Positions 21,118 to 30,484 of a stretch of 46,229 bases of DNA are shown here, piece by piece. Made by a program: the position numbers and the translations under genes. Every line of letters begins with the position of its first letter. Within the stretch, counting starts at the first letter, position 1. Source of the DNA: a virus (taxonomy: Duplodnaviria; Heunggongvirae; Uroviricota; Caudoviricetes); the IMG/VR virus record IMGVR_UViG_3300027908_000001, positions 151,167 to 197,395 of that record. The stretch is one strand, 5' to 3'. The notes under the pieces were generated by a model. That model saw nothing but the letters and a program-made list of their open reading frames with translations, made no database searches and was not told the origin of the DNA.

Positions 21118-21888
21118 CTAGAACAAGTACGTCACGCCGCCGTTAAACACACTCACGTTGGACTGGCCGTTGTCCGTGATGGCATCCAAGGCAATCGACC
21201 CTTGGTATCCGCCATGTACCGACAGATGGTCGTTCACGTTGTAGGACACCAGCACGCCGAGCAGTACATCGTTGAACTCCGCATTTTTCGTCGTGCTGCG
21301 GTCGTTGTACCCGAGGTCGTACCCGAGCGCCGCCGATGGTGTCAACGTCAACTTCCCGTCCGGCAGACCCGCCAGCTTCGAGAGGTCGTACTGATGGCTG
21401 ATGGAAGCCTGCGCGTACCCGCCACGAATCCGGTCCACGTCCCAGTTAATCGCCAGCTTCGGGTTCAGGTAATCCTTCCACGTCGCCGAGGCGTACACTT
21501 CCCACGTCGCCGTGCCCGACCGGCCATTCAAGTAGGTATACCCGACCGCGCCGCCCGTGAGCGACAGCTTGTCGTTGAATACCGATTGCGTCCAGTCCGC
21601 GCCGTAATCGTTCTCGGCATACGTGCCAGAACCGTGGTTCTGTTCCGCATAATACCCGTAGTAATAGGCCGTGAGCCCCTTGTACGTGCCGACCAGTGAC
21701 GGTACAGCGACCGGGCTGTGGGTGATGTCCACGCCACGGAACAGGTAGGTGCTGAAGTAATCCGCCGATGCCGTGACGCTCCAGTCTTTCTCCGGTGCCG
21801 CTGCTTGAACGGCCACATTGGTATCCGCGAACGAACTACGTGCCGCCAACAGGGCGACGGACAACACTAACCATTTCAATACTCTCAT
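21118..21888 (-). CDS. outer-membrane beta-barrel protein (TIGR02001/TorF-like)
   Basis: Signal peptide, STYLFRG motif, aromatic strands, C-terminal Phe. Confidence 0.75.
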   Translation of the reverse strand: MRVLKWLVLSVALLAARSSFADTNVAVQAAAPEKDWSVTASADYFSTYLFRGVDITHSPVAVPSLVGTYKGLTAYYYGYYAEQNHGSGTYAENDYGADWTQSVFNDKLSLTGGAVGYTYLNGRSGTATWEVYASATWKDYLNPKLAINWDVDRIRGGYAQASISHQYDLSKLAGLPDGKLTLTPSAALGYDLGYNDRSTTKNAEFNDVLLGVLVSYNVNDHLSVHGGYQGSIALDAITDNGQSNVSVFNGGVTYLF

Positions 21889-21971
21889 GATTCTCCTTGG
21901 GTTAAACGGGGGAAGGCCGTTGTGACCCTCCCCCGCAGGTTTGTACTACATTCGCCGAACCGGGTCAATCC

Positions 21972-23111
21972 CTAGTCGGAGTTCATCTGCACTACGCCGA
22001 CGAACCCAATCAGCTTGGCAAGATTGACCGTCTGCACCTTGGTCAACTTATTGCCTACCATGTCAATCTTGACATTCGAGGCCGTGGTGATTTGCTTGTC
22101 ATCGTCGTTCTTTGAGTTCGGATTGTTCACCAGCGTGTCTTTGTACGTCCATGTGCCGTTTAACGCTTGAAGGTTAGCATCCGACTCGAAGAAGGTTGCT
22201 TCGTTATCAGCCGGAGCGAACGCCGCCGATTCGGTCACGGTTGCCTCTGGCTCATTGACCCGCACGTCGAACTCATAATGACCATCACCAGATGTAGCGT
22301 AATCCTCTGCCTGCACCCACTTGATGTTGCCCGTGAGCTTGTCCGTGAAGGTTTGGCCGTCTTTGGTGTAACTCATGGTCACACCGCGGAAGTACCATGC
22401 AAAACGCTCATAATCATAGAGCATCTGACCGCTGACGTGCGTGTCCGGATAGGCAGACACCGGGCCGCCAGCCATGACCATGTCTAGGCTTATCTGGTCG
22501 TACTTGGTGACGGCAATCGTGGCCGTCTTGCCATTGACCGACTTCGTCAGCGTGATGGCCTGCTTTTTGGCTTTGGCCAGCGCGCTATCGTTATCAGGTG
22601 GCCTGCCAGCCGATGTGCCGAGGAACTTTGCTTCATGCTCGGGTACTTTCCCAGTCGCATCCACCGCCAACCGCAATGTGCCCTTGTCGTAGTGATATAC
22701 GCCCTTCTTGTCAATCGGCACCTTGCCGACCAATCGACCAATGCGCGCCTTCTGGGTTAAATTGGACGGGTTGGCAATCGTCAAGTCAATGCCGTAATCG
22801 AGTTCGGCAGACTGCTTCTCGCGTCCAATCATGCTGGAAAACAGGGTCGGCTTGTATTTGATTTGACCCCCGAACATCAACGTCTTGTCGATGGTCATGT
22901 TCATAGTGTACGTGTCCCAGACATCTGCCGCGGGCTGGCCCTTGTCATCGGTCGCGGTGCGGCTGGCGAACACGATGTCCATGTTGCCTTTGATGGTGGG
23001 ATTGAGCGGTGGAATATCTGCCTTGACATCCTGCGCGGCACGCGCCGTCCATGGTGCCATCAGGCACAACACGGCCAGTAACAGTACGGTTTGCATAACA
23101 CTTCGCTTCAT
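21972..23111 (-). CDS. secreted/periplasmic beta-rich protein
   Basis: Signal peptide ending ARA; AGGAG RBS. Confidence 0.75.
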   Translation of the reverse strand: MKRSVMQTVLLLAVLCLMAPWTARAAQDVKADIPPLNPTIKGNMDIVFASRTATDDKGQPAADVWDTYTMNMTIDKTLMFGGQIKYKPTLFSSMIGREKQSAELDYGIDLTIANPSNLTQKARIGRLVGKVPIDKKGVYHYDKGTLRLAVDATGKVPEHEAKFLGTSAGRPPDNDSALAKAKKQAITLTKSVNGKTATIAVTKYDQISLDMVMAGGPVSAYPDTHVSGQMLYDYERFAWYFRGVTMSYTKDGQTFTDKLTGNIKWVQAEDYATSGDGHYEFDVRVNEPEATVTESAAFAPADNEATFFESDANLQALNGTWTYKDTLVNNPNSKNDDDKQITTASNVKIDMVGNKLTKVQTVNLAKLIGFVGVVQMNSD

Positions 23112-23121
23112 GACTCTCTCC

Positions 23122-23565
23122 TTAGTGGGGTTGGGGTTGACTTACGACCGGCACGGCATGTGCCGATGCGAAAGATGTTGGGGAATTGGTGGTGAAACTG
23201 CGCAAGGCGATGCGGAAAGAATTGAAGGGACAAAACATGGCATCGCCGATAACCACGGCTGCAATGAACAGGTCGGTCAGGCTGAAAACGTACTTCCCAT
23301 CGGCGATGGTGCCGAACAAGAACGCCGACCACGTGACCGCAGCCAGCACCGAGCAAAATGTATCGGTGAAAAACATCGGGGCGGTGATGTTGCCGGACTT
23401 GATAAACTCGAACATCATGGCGGCGAATGCGAGCATCATGAAGATGACGCCCCACCCGGTCTTGGAAGACACGTCGACACCTCCCTGCTTGAACAGGCCC
23501 CATATCAGCACCAGTACAAACGAGGACGGCAACAGAATGAATCGGCGGATAATGTTAGTCAGCAT
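23122..23565 (-). CDS. 4-TM membrane protein
   Basis: Four hydrophobic segments; AGGAG RBS. Confidence 0.7.
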   Translation of the reverse strand: MLTNIIRRFILLPSSFVLVLIWGLFKQGGVDVSSKTGWGVIFMMLAFAAMMFEFIKSGNITAPMFFTDTFCSVLAAVTWSAFLFGTIADGKYVFSLTDLFIAAVVIGDAMFCPFNSFRIALRSFTTNSPTSFASAHAVPVVSQPQPH

Positions 23566-23592
23566 AATCGGATGGCTCCTTGTTGGTGTGGC

Positions 23593-23621
23593 ATGTTGCG
23601 TGAATCGCGCATGGTTGTCAA
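23593..23621 (-). promoter_or_regulatory. promoter with operator (23599-23609)
   Basis: TTGACA-17-CAACAT. Confidence 0.65.
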
Positions 23622-23881
23622 GTGAGAATTTCGGATTTCTTCACGGTGCATCTGGCACATTGGTCGTCATCCCATTCATGGCCTTCGCGCTCACATATCG
23701 CTCGATGTCTTTTGAGCATTTCTTCAGTGGCTGAAAGTCCGGTCGTTCGGAACTGATTACAGTTACATTCATGCGGGCTGCCACCAAAGCACAGTCCCCG
23801 ACCGCTTCGGTGGAAATGTCTCGGGTGACCGCAATAATTGCATGGCTGCTTCTCCTTCTGGGTTAATGTTCCATCACTCAC
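23618..23881 (-). CDS. Cys/His-rich hypothetical protein
   Basis: Coupled ORF. Confidence 0.55.
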   Translation of the reverse strand: MSDGTLTQKEKQPCNYCGHPRHFHRSGRGLCFGGSPHECNCNQFRTTGLSATEEMLKRHRAICEREGHEWDDDQCARCTVKKSEILT

Positions 23882-24096
23882 GCCTCCACCCCCGCCGCGA
23901 CACGGTACCAGAAGTTGACGCCTTCCTGACCGAACGTCTGGCTGGCCACCACCTCCGCGCCGTCCGGTAAGTCATGATTAAGTTCGTCCCACTGGTCGAC
24001 GAGCATGGTCGCGCACAGGAACACCCAGCCGTCCCGTTTCATTTCGTCCGGGGTATTCTTGAGAATGGCCGGTTGCGGCAGGTCTTGGGTGTTCAT
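23878..24096 (-). CDS. hypothetical protein
   Basis: Coupled ORF. Confidence 0.55.
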   Translation of the reverse strand: MNTQDLPQPAILKNTPDEMKRDGWVFLCATMLVDQWDELNHDLPDGAEVVASQTFGQEGVNFWYRVAAGVEA

Positions 24097-24302
24097 AGCG
24101 CTGCACCGGGGAACGCATCGATGGATTTCAGGAACTCGCAGGCGCTCTTCAGCATCACGGCGCATCCGGCCGGTCCGAAGTCCACAGCCACGGCCGTATC
24201 GCCGTCAATGCCCTCCGCGTTGGCGGACTTGGCTTCGGCTTCGGCCTGTTCCTTGGTGCCGGAGAACTCGTGGTAGCGGTGAGCGAATTCGTCTTGGGTC
24301 AT
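24093..24302 (-). CDS. hypothetical protein
   Basis: GAGG RBS. Confidence 0.6.
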   Translation of the reverse strand: MTQDEFAHRYHEFSGTKEQAEAEAKSANAEGIDGDTAVAVDFGPAGCAVMLKSACEFLKSIDAFPGAAL

Positions 24303-24312
24303 ATCAGTATCC

Positions 24313-24810
24313 TCATATCACTGGAAAACTCCATCCCCGCGCCGGGTTCTCGTTCCATCCCACCCGCTTGCCGTTCTCCAGCGTCCACCAGTAGTGAACG
24401 TTCTTATGTGGACCGGGCCATGGCGATTTGTGGGACTCGTGCTTTGAAACCACTTTAACATCCTTGTACCTGCGGGCATCCGCATTGCAATATTCTGATG
24501 TACGAAATTCCTTGGGCAACGTTTCCCAAAGCGTTTCCCGATTGATATACGCGAATCCTTCCTTGACCAGCTTGTCCACTGCTTCTGGCACCGCCGGTCC
24601 GTTCTCGCAAAGCTGGATGGCGATGTCCTCCTCCTTCACCTTGTCGCCGATGGTGAGGGAAACATCACCAGTTGTCAACTCCTCAACCTCGAACACCATC
24701 CCCTTGGCGATAATCGCCTGCGCCATCTTCTCGATGTCCGGCGGCCGGTCAATCTTCATCGGACGCGGGATGCCGAACGGGCGGAGGTACTGAGTGAAGA
24801 GGATACTCAT
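24313..24810 (-). CDS. hypothetical protein
   Basis: Coupled ORF. Confidence 0.7.
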   Translation of the reverse strand: MSILFTQYLRPFGIPRPMKIDRPPDIEKMAQAIIAKGMVFEVEELTTGDVSLTIGDKVKEEDIAIQLCENGPAVPEAVDKLVKEGFAYINRETLWETLPKEFRTSEYCNADARRYKDVKVVSKHESHKSPWPGPHKNVHYWWTLENGKRVGWNENPARGWSFPVI

Positions 24811-25283
24811 GAAGCGCGCCCCAACAGGTTGATGTCCTCGAACGCTTCTTCCTCGTGATTGTAATCAATCTCCTCGCCATCCAGAACGGTCATGATGCGG
24901 TAGTGCATCGTCTCGGCATTCAGATGGCGACTATCCGAGCAGGAAGCCACGCTGTGCAAGCTGTCGGGATGATTGACCCACTCGACGTTCACTTCCCCGC
25001 CGTTGTCGCAGAGCGAGAGAATGCGATACTGATATTTGAATGGTGCCCGGAGCAGGATGGTATTGGACGCCGTCCGCGCCTCGAACTGAAAGTCATTGCC
25101 GCGGATGAACAGCTTCAAGAGCCGACTGGTTTCCTCAAGGCCCTTGGGATTCCAGCCGAAAAGGTTGACGGATTTCGACGGGGGATGGAGAGCTTCGTGC
25201 CGCTTGACGAACTCCCGCTCCTGCATGGCTCGGCTCCGTCGTGAATGACCGCGTCTGCAATTTTTGCCGCTGATTGCGCTCAT
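24807..25283 (-). CDS. hypothetical protein
   Basis: AACCGACAGGA leader and own promoter. Confidence 0.7.
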   Translation of the reverse strand: MSAISGKNCRRGHSRRSRAMQEREFVKRHEALHPPSKSVNLFGWNPKGLEETSRLLKLFIRGNDFQFEARTASNTILLRAPFKYQYRILSLCDNGGEVNVEWVNHPDSLHSVASCSDSRHLNAETMHYRIMTVLDGEEIDYNHEEEAFEDINLLGRAS

Positions 25284-25324
25284 GATTTTCCTGTCGGTTG
25301 ATGGTTGTTGTTGGACATGGCGTG

Positions 25325-25353
25325 AATCTACTAGATTCGAGTTGTGGTGTCAA
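25325..25353 (-). promoter_or_regulatory. promoter with operator (25331-25341)
   Basis: TTGACA-17-TAGATT. Confidence 0.8.
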
Positions 25354-25357
25354 TGGA

Positions 25358-26932
25358 TTATTTCGGAAACAGTTCAGCGGCCTTGGTGCGGACGGCGGTT
25401 TCGTATACGACCTTGGCGTCCTGCAACTTGCCATAGGCCGCTTGGTGCGCCGCCCGCGCCACTTCGTACTTCGCCTGCCAGTCGGGAACGTTACTGTAGG
25501 CATTCGGCGCTGCATTCAACGCTTGCTGCGCGACTTCCAGCGCGGCCTCGGCGTCCACCACGGCCTTGCGCTCGGCCTTGACCTCCTTCTTGATAGCCGC
25601 ATCGCGCTTCTTGGCTGCCGCACGTTCGGCCAATTCTTCCGCCGTCGGATTGACCTTGGCTCTCGAAATCTGGGTGGTCTTGGTTCCCTTGTACTCCTCG
25701 TGGCGTTCGACCCGGGCGTTGAGCGAGTAGGTGGTGCCGATGTCCAAGCTGCCCGCGCCATTGCCGCTGGCAAACCACTTGATGGCATTACCCTTGTCAT
25801 CAACGAACACATACAAGGTCTTGGGGCCGTAGTCGGATTCGAGAGCGATGGCCTTGATAACCGTAGCAAGAAAATCCTGACGTTGGCCGATTGCGCCGAC
25901 GTACTGGCTATTGGCGGTGAGGTCGGAGAGATGCTTGCGTTCGGCAACGATTCCTAGTTCTCGACGATACGAATTGACAATGGAGGCCGCCAATCCGGTA
26001 TGACGCCAAGTGACCAAGCCGCTCCGAGCCAGAATATTGATGTTGTGCTGATAATCATTCAATTCCGCATTGCCTTCATGCTGAGATTTGGCCCACTCCG
26101 CCGCGTCTTGCGCGAATGCCTCATCCTCGATGGTGAAATGAATCAGCTTGGAGCGGTCGCAATCCTTGGGCGGGTCGAGTTGATAGGCAACGTCGCTTGC
26201 GGTGGAGGAACGTCCGCCTTCATTTTCGGTCTTGCGTGATGTCCAGCCAAACTCACGGATGCAGGCGTTGGTCATGGCCAAGAAACGAATGAGCCCGTAG
26301 CCATCCCGGCCCACGCTGATGCCGCCCTCCTCGAATTCGCTGCACAATCCAGCCGCCGAGAAAATGATTTCCGCGCCATTGGCCAGCGCATCAGGATTGA
26401 CGCCCCCAAGAAAATCCACCAAGCATTGACGCCCAATTTGTTTCGTGGTGCCGTCATCATGCCGCACGATGAAGGTTTCTTTCCGGTTCCGAACGAAACC
26501 GCAATGCTCGCAGACATTGCTGGCCTCGCGATATTGTGGCGGAAGCTCCTCGGTGATGGTCGGAACCTTGCGGATAATATTGCCCTCGCCGGGCAGGTGC
26601 TCGATAACGGCCAACAGTGACCAGCCCGCCAACTTCGGCGTTTCGCCAGTCACAGTGACGTACACAAACAACCGGCGGCTGCCGGTGTCGAGGTATTCAT
26701 CGGCGCTGCCATTCAGGACGGGCTTCACAACAGACCATGTCGGCAACGTGACGTTGACGTGACTCCAAAGCGTCTCGATTTCGTGCTCGCCTTCCACGAG
26801 AACCGGAGCCGCCACATTCAACTTGGCCGCGCGTTTGGCAAGCTTGAAAAATCCGTCGCGCAGCTTGGAAAGATTGCGCTCTGGAATTCTGTACTTCTGG
26901 ACTTCGACTGTCGGTTGAGTGTTGGTTTCCAT
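25358..26932 (-). CDS. phage protein with Zn ribbon and OB-fold-like C-terminal domain
   Basis: CEHC..GRQC; YVGAIGQR..YG..FVDDKGN..KWF..HEEYKG..TQI pattern; GGAGG RBS. Confidence 0.75.
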   Translation of the reverse strand: METNTQPTVEVQKYRIPERNLSKLRDGFFKLAKRAAKLNVAAPVLVEGEHEIETLWSHVNVTLPTWSVVKPVLNGSADEYLDTGSRRLFVYVTVTGETPKLAGWSLLAVIEHLPGEGNIIRKVPTITEELPPQYREASNVCEHCGFVRNRKETFIVRHDDGTTKQIGRQCLVDFLGGVNPDALANGAEIIFSAAGLCSEFEEGGISVGRDGYGLIRFLAMTNACIREFGWTSRKTENEGGRSSTASDVAYQLDPPKDCDRSKLIHFTIEDEAFAQDAAEWAKSQHEGNAELNDYQHNINILARSGLVTWRHTGLAASIVNSYRRELGIVAERKHLSDLTANSQYVGAIGQRQDFLATVIKAIALESDYGPKTLYVFVDDKGNAIKWFASGNGAGSLDIGTTYSLNARVERHEEYKGTKTTQISRAKVNPTAEELAERAAAKKRDAAIKKEVKAERKAVVDAEAALEVAQQALNAAPNAYSNVPDWQAKYEVARAAHQAAYGKLQDAKVVYETAVRTKAAELFPK

Positions 26933-26938
26933 GCCTCC

Positions 26939-26967
26939 AATGTACTCGAATCTAGTCATGGCGTCAA
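26939..26967 (-). promoter_or_regulatory. promoter with operator (26945-26955)
   Basis: TTGACG-17-TACATT. Confidence 0.8.
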
Positions 26968-27041
26968 CAACTATTTTTGGGGTGTTTTCCCCTGTAAAAT
27001 CAGGGGTTTGGCGCAAGAGGAGCGCCGAGAGATACGAGAAA

Positions 27042-27115
27042 TGGCTGTCCCCGCTGGAATCGAACCAGCCTTGCCGGATTCAGAGTCCGGTGCATAACCG
27101 ATTTGCTAGAGGACA
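27042..27115 (-). tRNA. tRNA-Gln(CTG)
   Basis: Cloverleaf, loop CTCTGAA, CCA. Confidence 0.9.
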
Positions 27116-27122
27116 ATGGAAA

Positions 27123-27197
27123 TGGTGGTAGCTGAGAATTTTGAAATCTCGCCCTGCCGGTTATCGACCGGCTGCTCTGCCTCTGAGCTAAGCTACC
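27123..27197 (-). tRNA. tRNA-Ile(GAT), C33
   Basis: Loop TCGATAA, CCA. Confidence 0.88.
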
Positions 27198-27206
27198 GCT
27201 AAAAAT

Positions 27207-27461
27207 TTATGCAAGGCCGGTTTCTTGCTGGACGTACTTGACGGCGTCGCCGACCGTCTTGAACTTGTCGGATTCTTCGTCCGGTATTTCGATGCCAAAT
27301 TCTTCCTCCGTCCGTTCGAGCAACTCGACGTAATCGAGGCTGTCGGCCCCGAGGTCGTCCACGAAATCCGCTTCGGGCACTACGCTGTCCGCGTCCACGG
27401 GCATCTGTTCGGTGATAATGTCTTTCAAGCGTTCCAGCACGCTCTTTTCGGTCTCGGCCAT
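27207..27461 (-). CDS. acpP: acyl carrier protein
   Basis: DDLGADSLD phosphopantetheine site; [19 protein letters not shown]. Confidence 0.95.
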   Translation of the reverse strand: MAETEKSVLERLKDIITEQMPVDADSVVPEADFVDDLGADSLDYVELLERTEEEFGIEIPDEESDKFKTVGDAVKYVQQETGLA

Positions 27462-27523
27462 AATCGGTCTCCTTGGTTGCGCGCGTTGTACGGCATCCGC
27501 GCGGAGTTGTCAAGGGCAAAGCC

Positions 27524-27595
27524 AGCCATCAGAGGCGGTCGAATCCTCATCTCAAGTTTACCAAACTTGTGCTCTACCACTTGAGCTATGACGGC
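27524..27595 (-). tRNA. tRNA-Thr(GGT), no encoded CCA
   Basis: Loop TTGGTAA. Confidence 0.8.
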
Positions 27596-27604
27596 ATTTT
27601 AAGC

Positions 27605-27681
27605 TGGAGCCGGAAACGGATTGGGTGCCCGTAACATCCGTGCTACAAACACGGCGCTCTACCCATTTGAGCTATTCCGGC
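27605..27681 (-). tRNA. tRNA-Thr(TGT), aberrant T-loop
   Basis: Loop TTTGTAG, CCA. Confidence 0.78.
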
Positions 27682-28159
27682 GTTGATAAAATTCATAAAG
27701 GTCACGGCATGAAAGGCCATTCTGCTTGTTGGCAATAAGCGTTTTGCATTGCCTGCAATATTTCTGGACGCCGTGGCGTCCGTTAGTATGGCCACGATGA
27801 ACGGAAAAATCATCCAATGGCAGGAAATCCCTGTGGCCGCTACACCATGATTTTCCAGACGGAGGCACCATTCTATTTGGCCGCTCATAAAGATGAGCCT
27901 CACTGGCTGTCTTTTCCTTGTGGCAACGGTGGCACAATACTTGACATTTTAGCAATTCAGCATCCCGAACCTCCTTTTTTCTTCCCCATATTTGGGCGAC
28001 TCCAACCGATTTGGTTGTTGGGTCTATGTGGTCAACCTCAAGACGGTGACGACTGCCGCATTTTATGCAGGGGCCATTTTCCTTTATCCATTTTCTGCGT
28101 CTTTTGCGCACCCATTTATTTTGAAAATCTGATTGCTGTTGCTTGTCTTTGTATGGCAC
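27659..28159 (-). CDS. HNH endonuclease
   Basis: CIKCG..LEVDHIDP..KCQVLCHRCH. Confidence 0.85.
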   Translation of the reverse strand: MPYKDKQQQSDFQNKWVRKRRRKWIKENGPCIKCGSRHRLEVDHIDPTTKSVGVAQIWGRKKEVRDAELLKCQVLCHRCHKEKTASEAHLYERPNRMVPPSGKSWCSGHRDFLPLDDFSVHRGHTNGRHGVQKYCRQCKTLIANKQNGLSCRDLYEFYQRRNSSNG

Positions 28160-28233
28160 GTAAACACTATACTACCCAACGATACGCCCAAACAAGAACA
28201 AAATGGAGCCTAATTGATATTGAACCTTAAAAT

Positions 28234-28310
28234 TGGTGCGCCCGGTCGGAATCTAACCGACGACCTACGGGGTAAAAACCCGCTGCTCTGTCCACCTGAG
28301 CTACGAGCGC
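28234..28310 (-). tRNA. tRNA-Lys(TTT)
   Basis: Loop TTTTTAC, CCA. Confidence 0.88.
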
Positions 28311-28316
28311 ATGAAA

Positions 28317-28391
28317 TGGAGCCCAATGACGAACTTGCATCGTCCTCTCCGCATTACGAGTGCGGTGCGTCGCTGTCTCCGCTTATCGGGC
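28317..28391 (-). tRNA. tRNA-Thr(CGT)
   Basis: Loop CTCGTAA, CCA. Confidence 0.82.
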
Positions 28392-28450
28392 ATTGAAAAA
28401 TTGAAGGAGTCGCCAGCTTGTGACCGGCGACCCCGTGACTCGTTTCCGAG

Positions 28451-29062
28451 TTAGACCGCGGCCTTGTGGCCGCTGACTTCGACGGCGGGCCATGAGGCGA
28501 TGTTTAGGAAAGGACCCCAATCAGGCTTCATGACGCTTGAAAAACGCATGTTGCAGAGCGTTCTCCAGCTTGGCTTGCGTGGCACCGATATGAGTTTCAT
28601 CCCGGCCTGTTCCGGCGTGCGGTTCGATTTGAAACTATTGCAGGCAACGCAACTGGTTGCAATATTTTCCCACGTAGTCTCGCCGCCATGTTCGCGAGGA
28701 ACAATATGGTCGAGATTGAGCAGATGCTTCTCGAACCTTTGCCCGCAGTAGAGGCACGTGAATCTGTCTCGCTCGTAGACACTCTCCCTGACGAACCTCA
28801 CCTCTTTTTTTGGAAGGCGGTCGTAGAGCACGAGGATGGCTACGCTCGGTACGCGCAACTGATACTTGGGCGTCCTTACCACGTCCTCTCCCGTATAGCC
28901 GTAGCTGAGTTCACGCCACTCGTTGAACTTGTGCGGATTCATATCGTGCAGAATCCGGCAGTGGTCATTGAACAACCGTCCGAAGATGTCCCGGGCGGGT
29001 GCCACGTTGACAGCGACCCAATTTTTGTTGAGCACTAACACTGAATCGTTGACGTGCGACAC
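28451..29062 (-). CDS. HNH endonuclease (VLVLN family)
   Basis: VLVLN; RDRFTCLYCG; LDHIVPR..GG..WENI..CVACN. Confidence 0.9.
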   Translation of the reverse strand: MSHVNDSVLVLNKNWVAVNVAPARDIFGRLFNDHCRILHDMNPHKFNEWRELSYGYTGEDVVRTPKYQLRVPSVAILVLYDRLPKKEVRFVRESVYERDRFTCLYCGQRFEKHLLNLDHIVPREHGGETTWENIATSCVACNSFKSNRTPEQAGMKLISVPRKPSWRTLCNMRFSSVMKPDWGPFLNIASWPAVEVSGHKAAV

Positions 29063-29113
29063 GGAACACCTCCTTTCGTGAGGCTGACTGACTTGGTTGT
29101 TTGCGGCGACCGA

Positions 29114-29482
29114 CTACAGGTCCACCTTGCGCGGCGGCTTGTCGGAATAGATTTGTTGCAGCTTGACCGTGTGGCCGAACACGCCGATGGCCGGTACATT
29201 GGACAGCGTATCCAGAAACGACTTGGCGACGGATTGCGCCGCGGCGTCATCGATGGCCTTGGCCGGGTCCAGCTTGATGTCCACCCGCAGGACGTACTCG
29301 GGCGGCGCGACCGGCTTATCGGCCAGCGCGGCGTTCAGGTTCTCGACAATCGGCTTGGCGGATTCGAGTCCCTTGTTGATGGCTTCGGCCACACCGGTCG
29401 GCGGCGTGTCACACACGTCAATGGTGATTGGCGGCGCGGCGATACCGGCGGTTGTGGCTTGGTCGTCTTGCGATGCTCCCAT
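29114..29482 (-). CDS. hypothetical protein
   Basis: GAGG RBS and own promoter. Confidence 0.65.
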   Translation of the reverse strand: MGASQDDQATTAGIAAPPITIDVCDTPPTGVAEAINKGLESAKPIVENLNAALADKPVAPPEYVLRVDIKLDPAKAIDDAAAQSVAKSFLDTLSNVPAIGVFGHTVKLQQIYSDKPPRKVDL

Positions 29483-29516
29483 GGCGGCAATTCCTCTCTT
29501 GGTTAAGTTGTTGGTG

Positions 29517-29545
29517 CTTGTACGCGATTCACGATATCCTGTCAA
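29517..29545 (-). promoter_or_regulatory. promoter with operator (29523-29533)
   Basis: TTGACA-17-TACAAG. Confidence 0.7.
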
Positions 29546-29554
29546 CAGGAAAGT

Positions 29555-29632
29555 TGGTCGAGACGGTGGGATTTCAACCCACGACTTCTGCAACCCCATT
29601 GCAGCGTTCTAGGCAAGCTGAACTACGTCTCG
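29555..29632 (-). tRNA. tRNA-Pro(GGG)
   Basis: Loop ATGGGGT, CCA. Confidence 0.88.
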
Positions 29633-29636
29633 AAAG

Positions 29637-29710
29637 TGGTCGGGATGCCGGAAGTCGAATCCGGACTGCTCCGTTCCGAACGGAGAGGGCTACCATTACC
29701 GCACATCCCG
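29637..29710 (-). tRNA. tRNA-Pro(CGG)
   Basis: Loop TTCGGAA, CCA. Confidence 0.88.
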
Positions 29711-29713
29711 AAA

Positions 29714-29788
29714 TGGTGCGAGCGGTGGGATTTTGACCCACCTGATTCCGCTTGGAAGGCGGATGCATAGTCACTCTGCCACGCTCGC
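29714..29788 (-). tRNA. tRNA-Gly(TCC)
   Basis: Loop CTTCCAA, CCA. Confidence 0.88.
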
Positions 29789-29795
29789 TTCAAAA

Positions 29796-30167
29796 TTAGT
29801 TTCGTTTCGCCGCCTCTGCCTGTTCTTTCTCCATGAACTGATTCAGATTCAGGTAAAACAAATCCTTGTCTCGCGGCTCCTTGCTCTCGTACAGCTTCAG
29901 CATCTTCGCGCCAAGCTGATTGCCTTCGATGGCGCAGGAGGCGAACGATTCAATGTAAATCATCAACTGAGAAAAAGTGAGGTTGTCCACCGGACGGACC
30001 GGCACTGCAAACTTTCGTCGCTTGGCCTCGGCCACCAATGCCGGATGTCGGTAGCCGTCCTTGATGATATTCTTGAGGTGGTCATCGGTGATTTCGGACG
30101 GCTTCAATCGCCGACCGTCCCGCGTGCCCCACGTGAACTCCTTGGCCTTGGCTTTCATCCGGGTCAT
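29796..30167 (-). CDS. hypothetical protein
   Basis: WGTRDG..SEITDDHLKNII motif common in phage ORFs. Confidence 0.7.
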   Translation of the reverse strand: MTRMKAKAKEFTWGTRDGRRLKPSEITDDHLKNIIKDGYRHPALVAEAKRRKFAVPVRPVDNLTFSQLMIYIESFASCAIEGNQLGAKMLKLYESKEPRDKDLFYLNLNQFMEKEQAEAAKRN

Positions 30168-30205
30168 ACATACGGCCAGCCGCGATTCCGGTCAAGAGCA
30201 AAGAT

Positions 30206-30295
30206 TGGCGGAGCGGGCGAGAGTTTAACTCGCAGGCCGCTTGCGCGGACCACCGGGTTCAGGCCGGTTTGACTTGACAATGTGCGAACCGCTCC
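30206..30295 (-). tRNA. tRNA-Ser(TGA), C33
   Basis: Loop CCTGAAC, long variable arm, G73, CCA. Confidence 0.8.
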
Positions 30296-30296
30296 A

Positions 30297-30390
30297 TGGC
30301 GGAAGGTGCGCGATTTGAATGCGCGTGACCCGTTTATCACGGGCCTCTCCGTTTCCAGCGGAGTGCAATAGGCCGCTCTGCCAACCTTCC
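30297..30390 (-). tRNA. tRNA-Ser(GGA)
   Basis: Loop CTGGAAA, long variable arm, CCA. Confidence 0.9.
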
Positions 30391-30402
30391 AGAAAATAGT
30401 AT

Positions 30403-30431
30403 TTGACTCGAATCGCGAACCGTGCTTTATT
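30403..30431 (+). promoter_or_regulatory. promoter with operator (30407-30417)
   Basis: TTGACT-17-TTTATT. Confidence 0.65.
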
Positions 30432-30484
30432 GGTGCCAGCGCAGAGAGCCATCGAGCACCCGACGCCACGAAAGGATACGCTCG

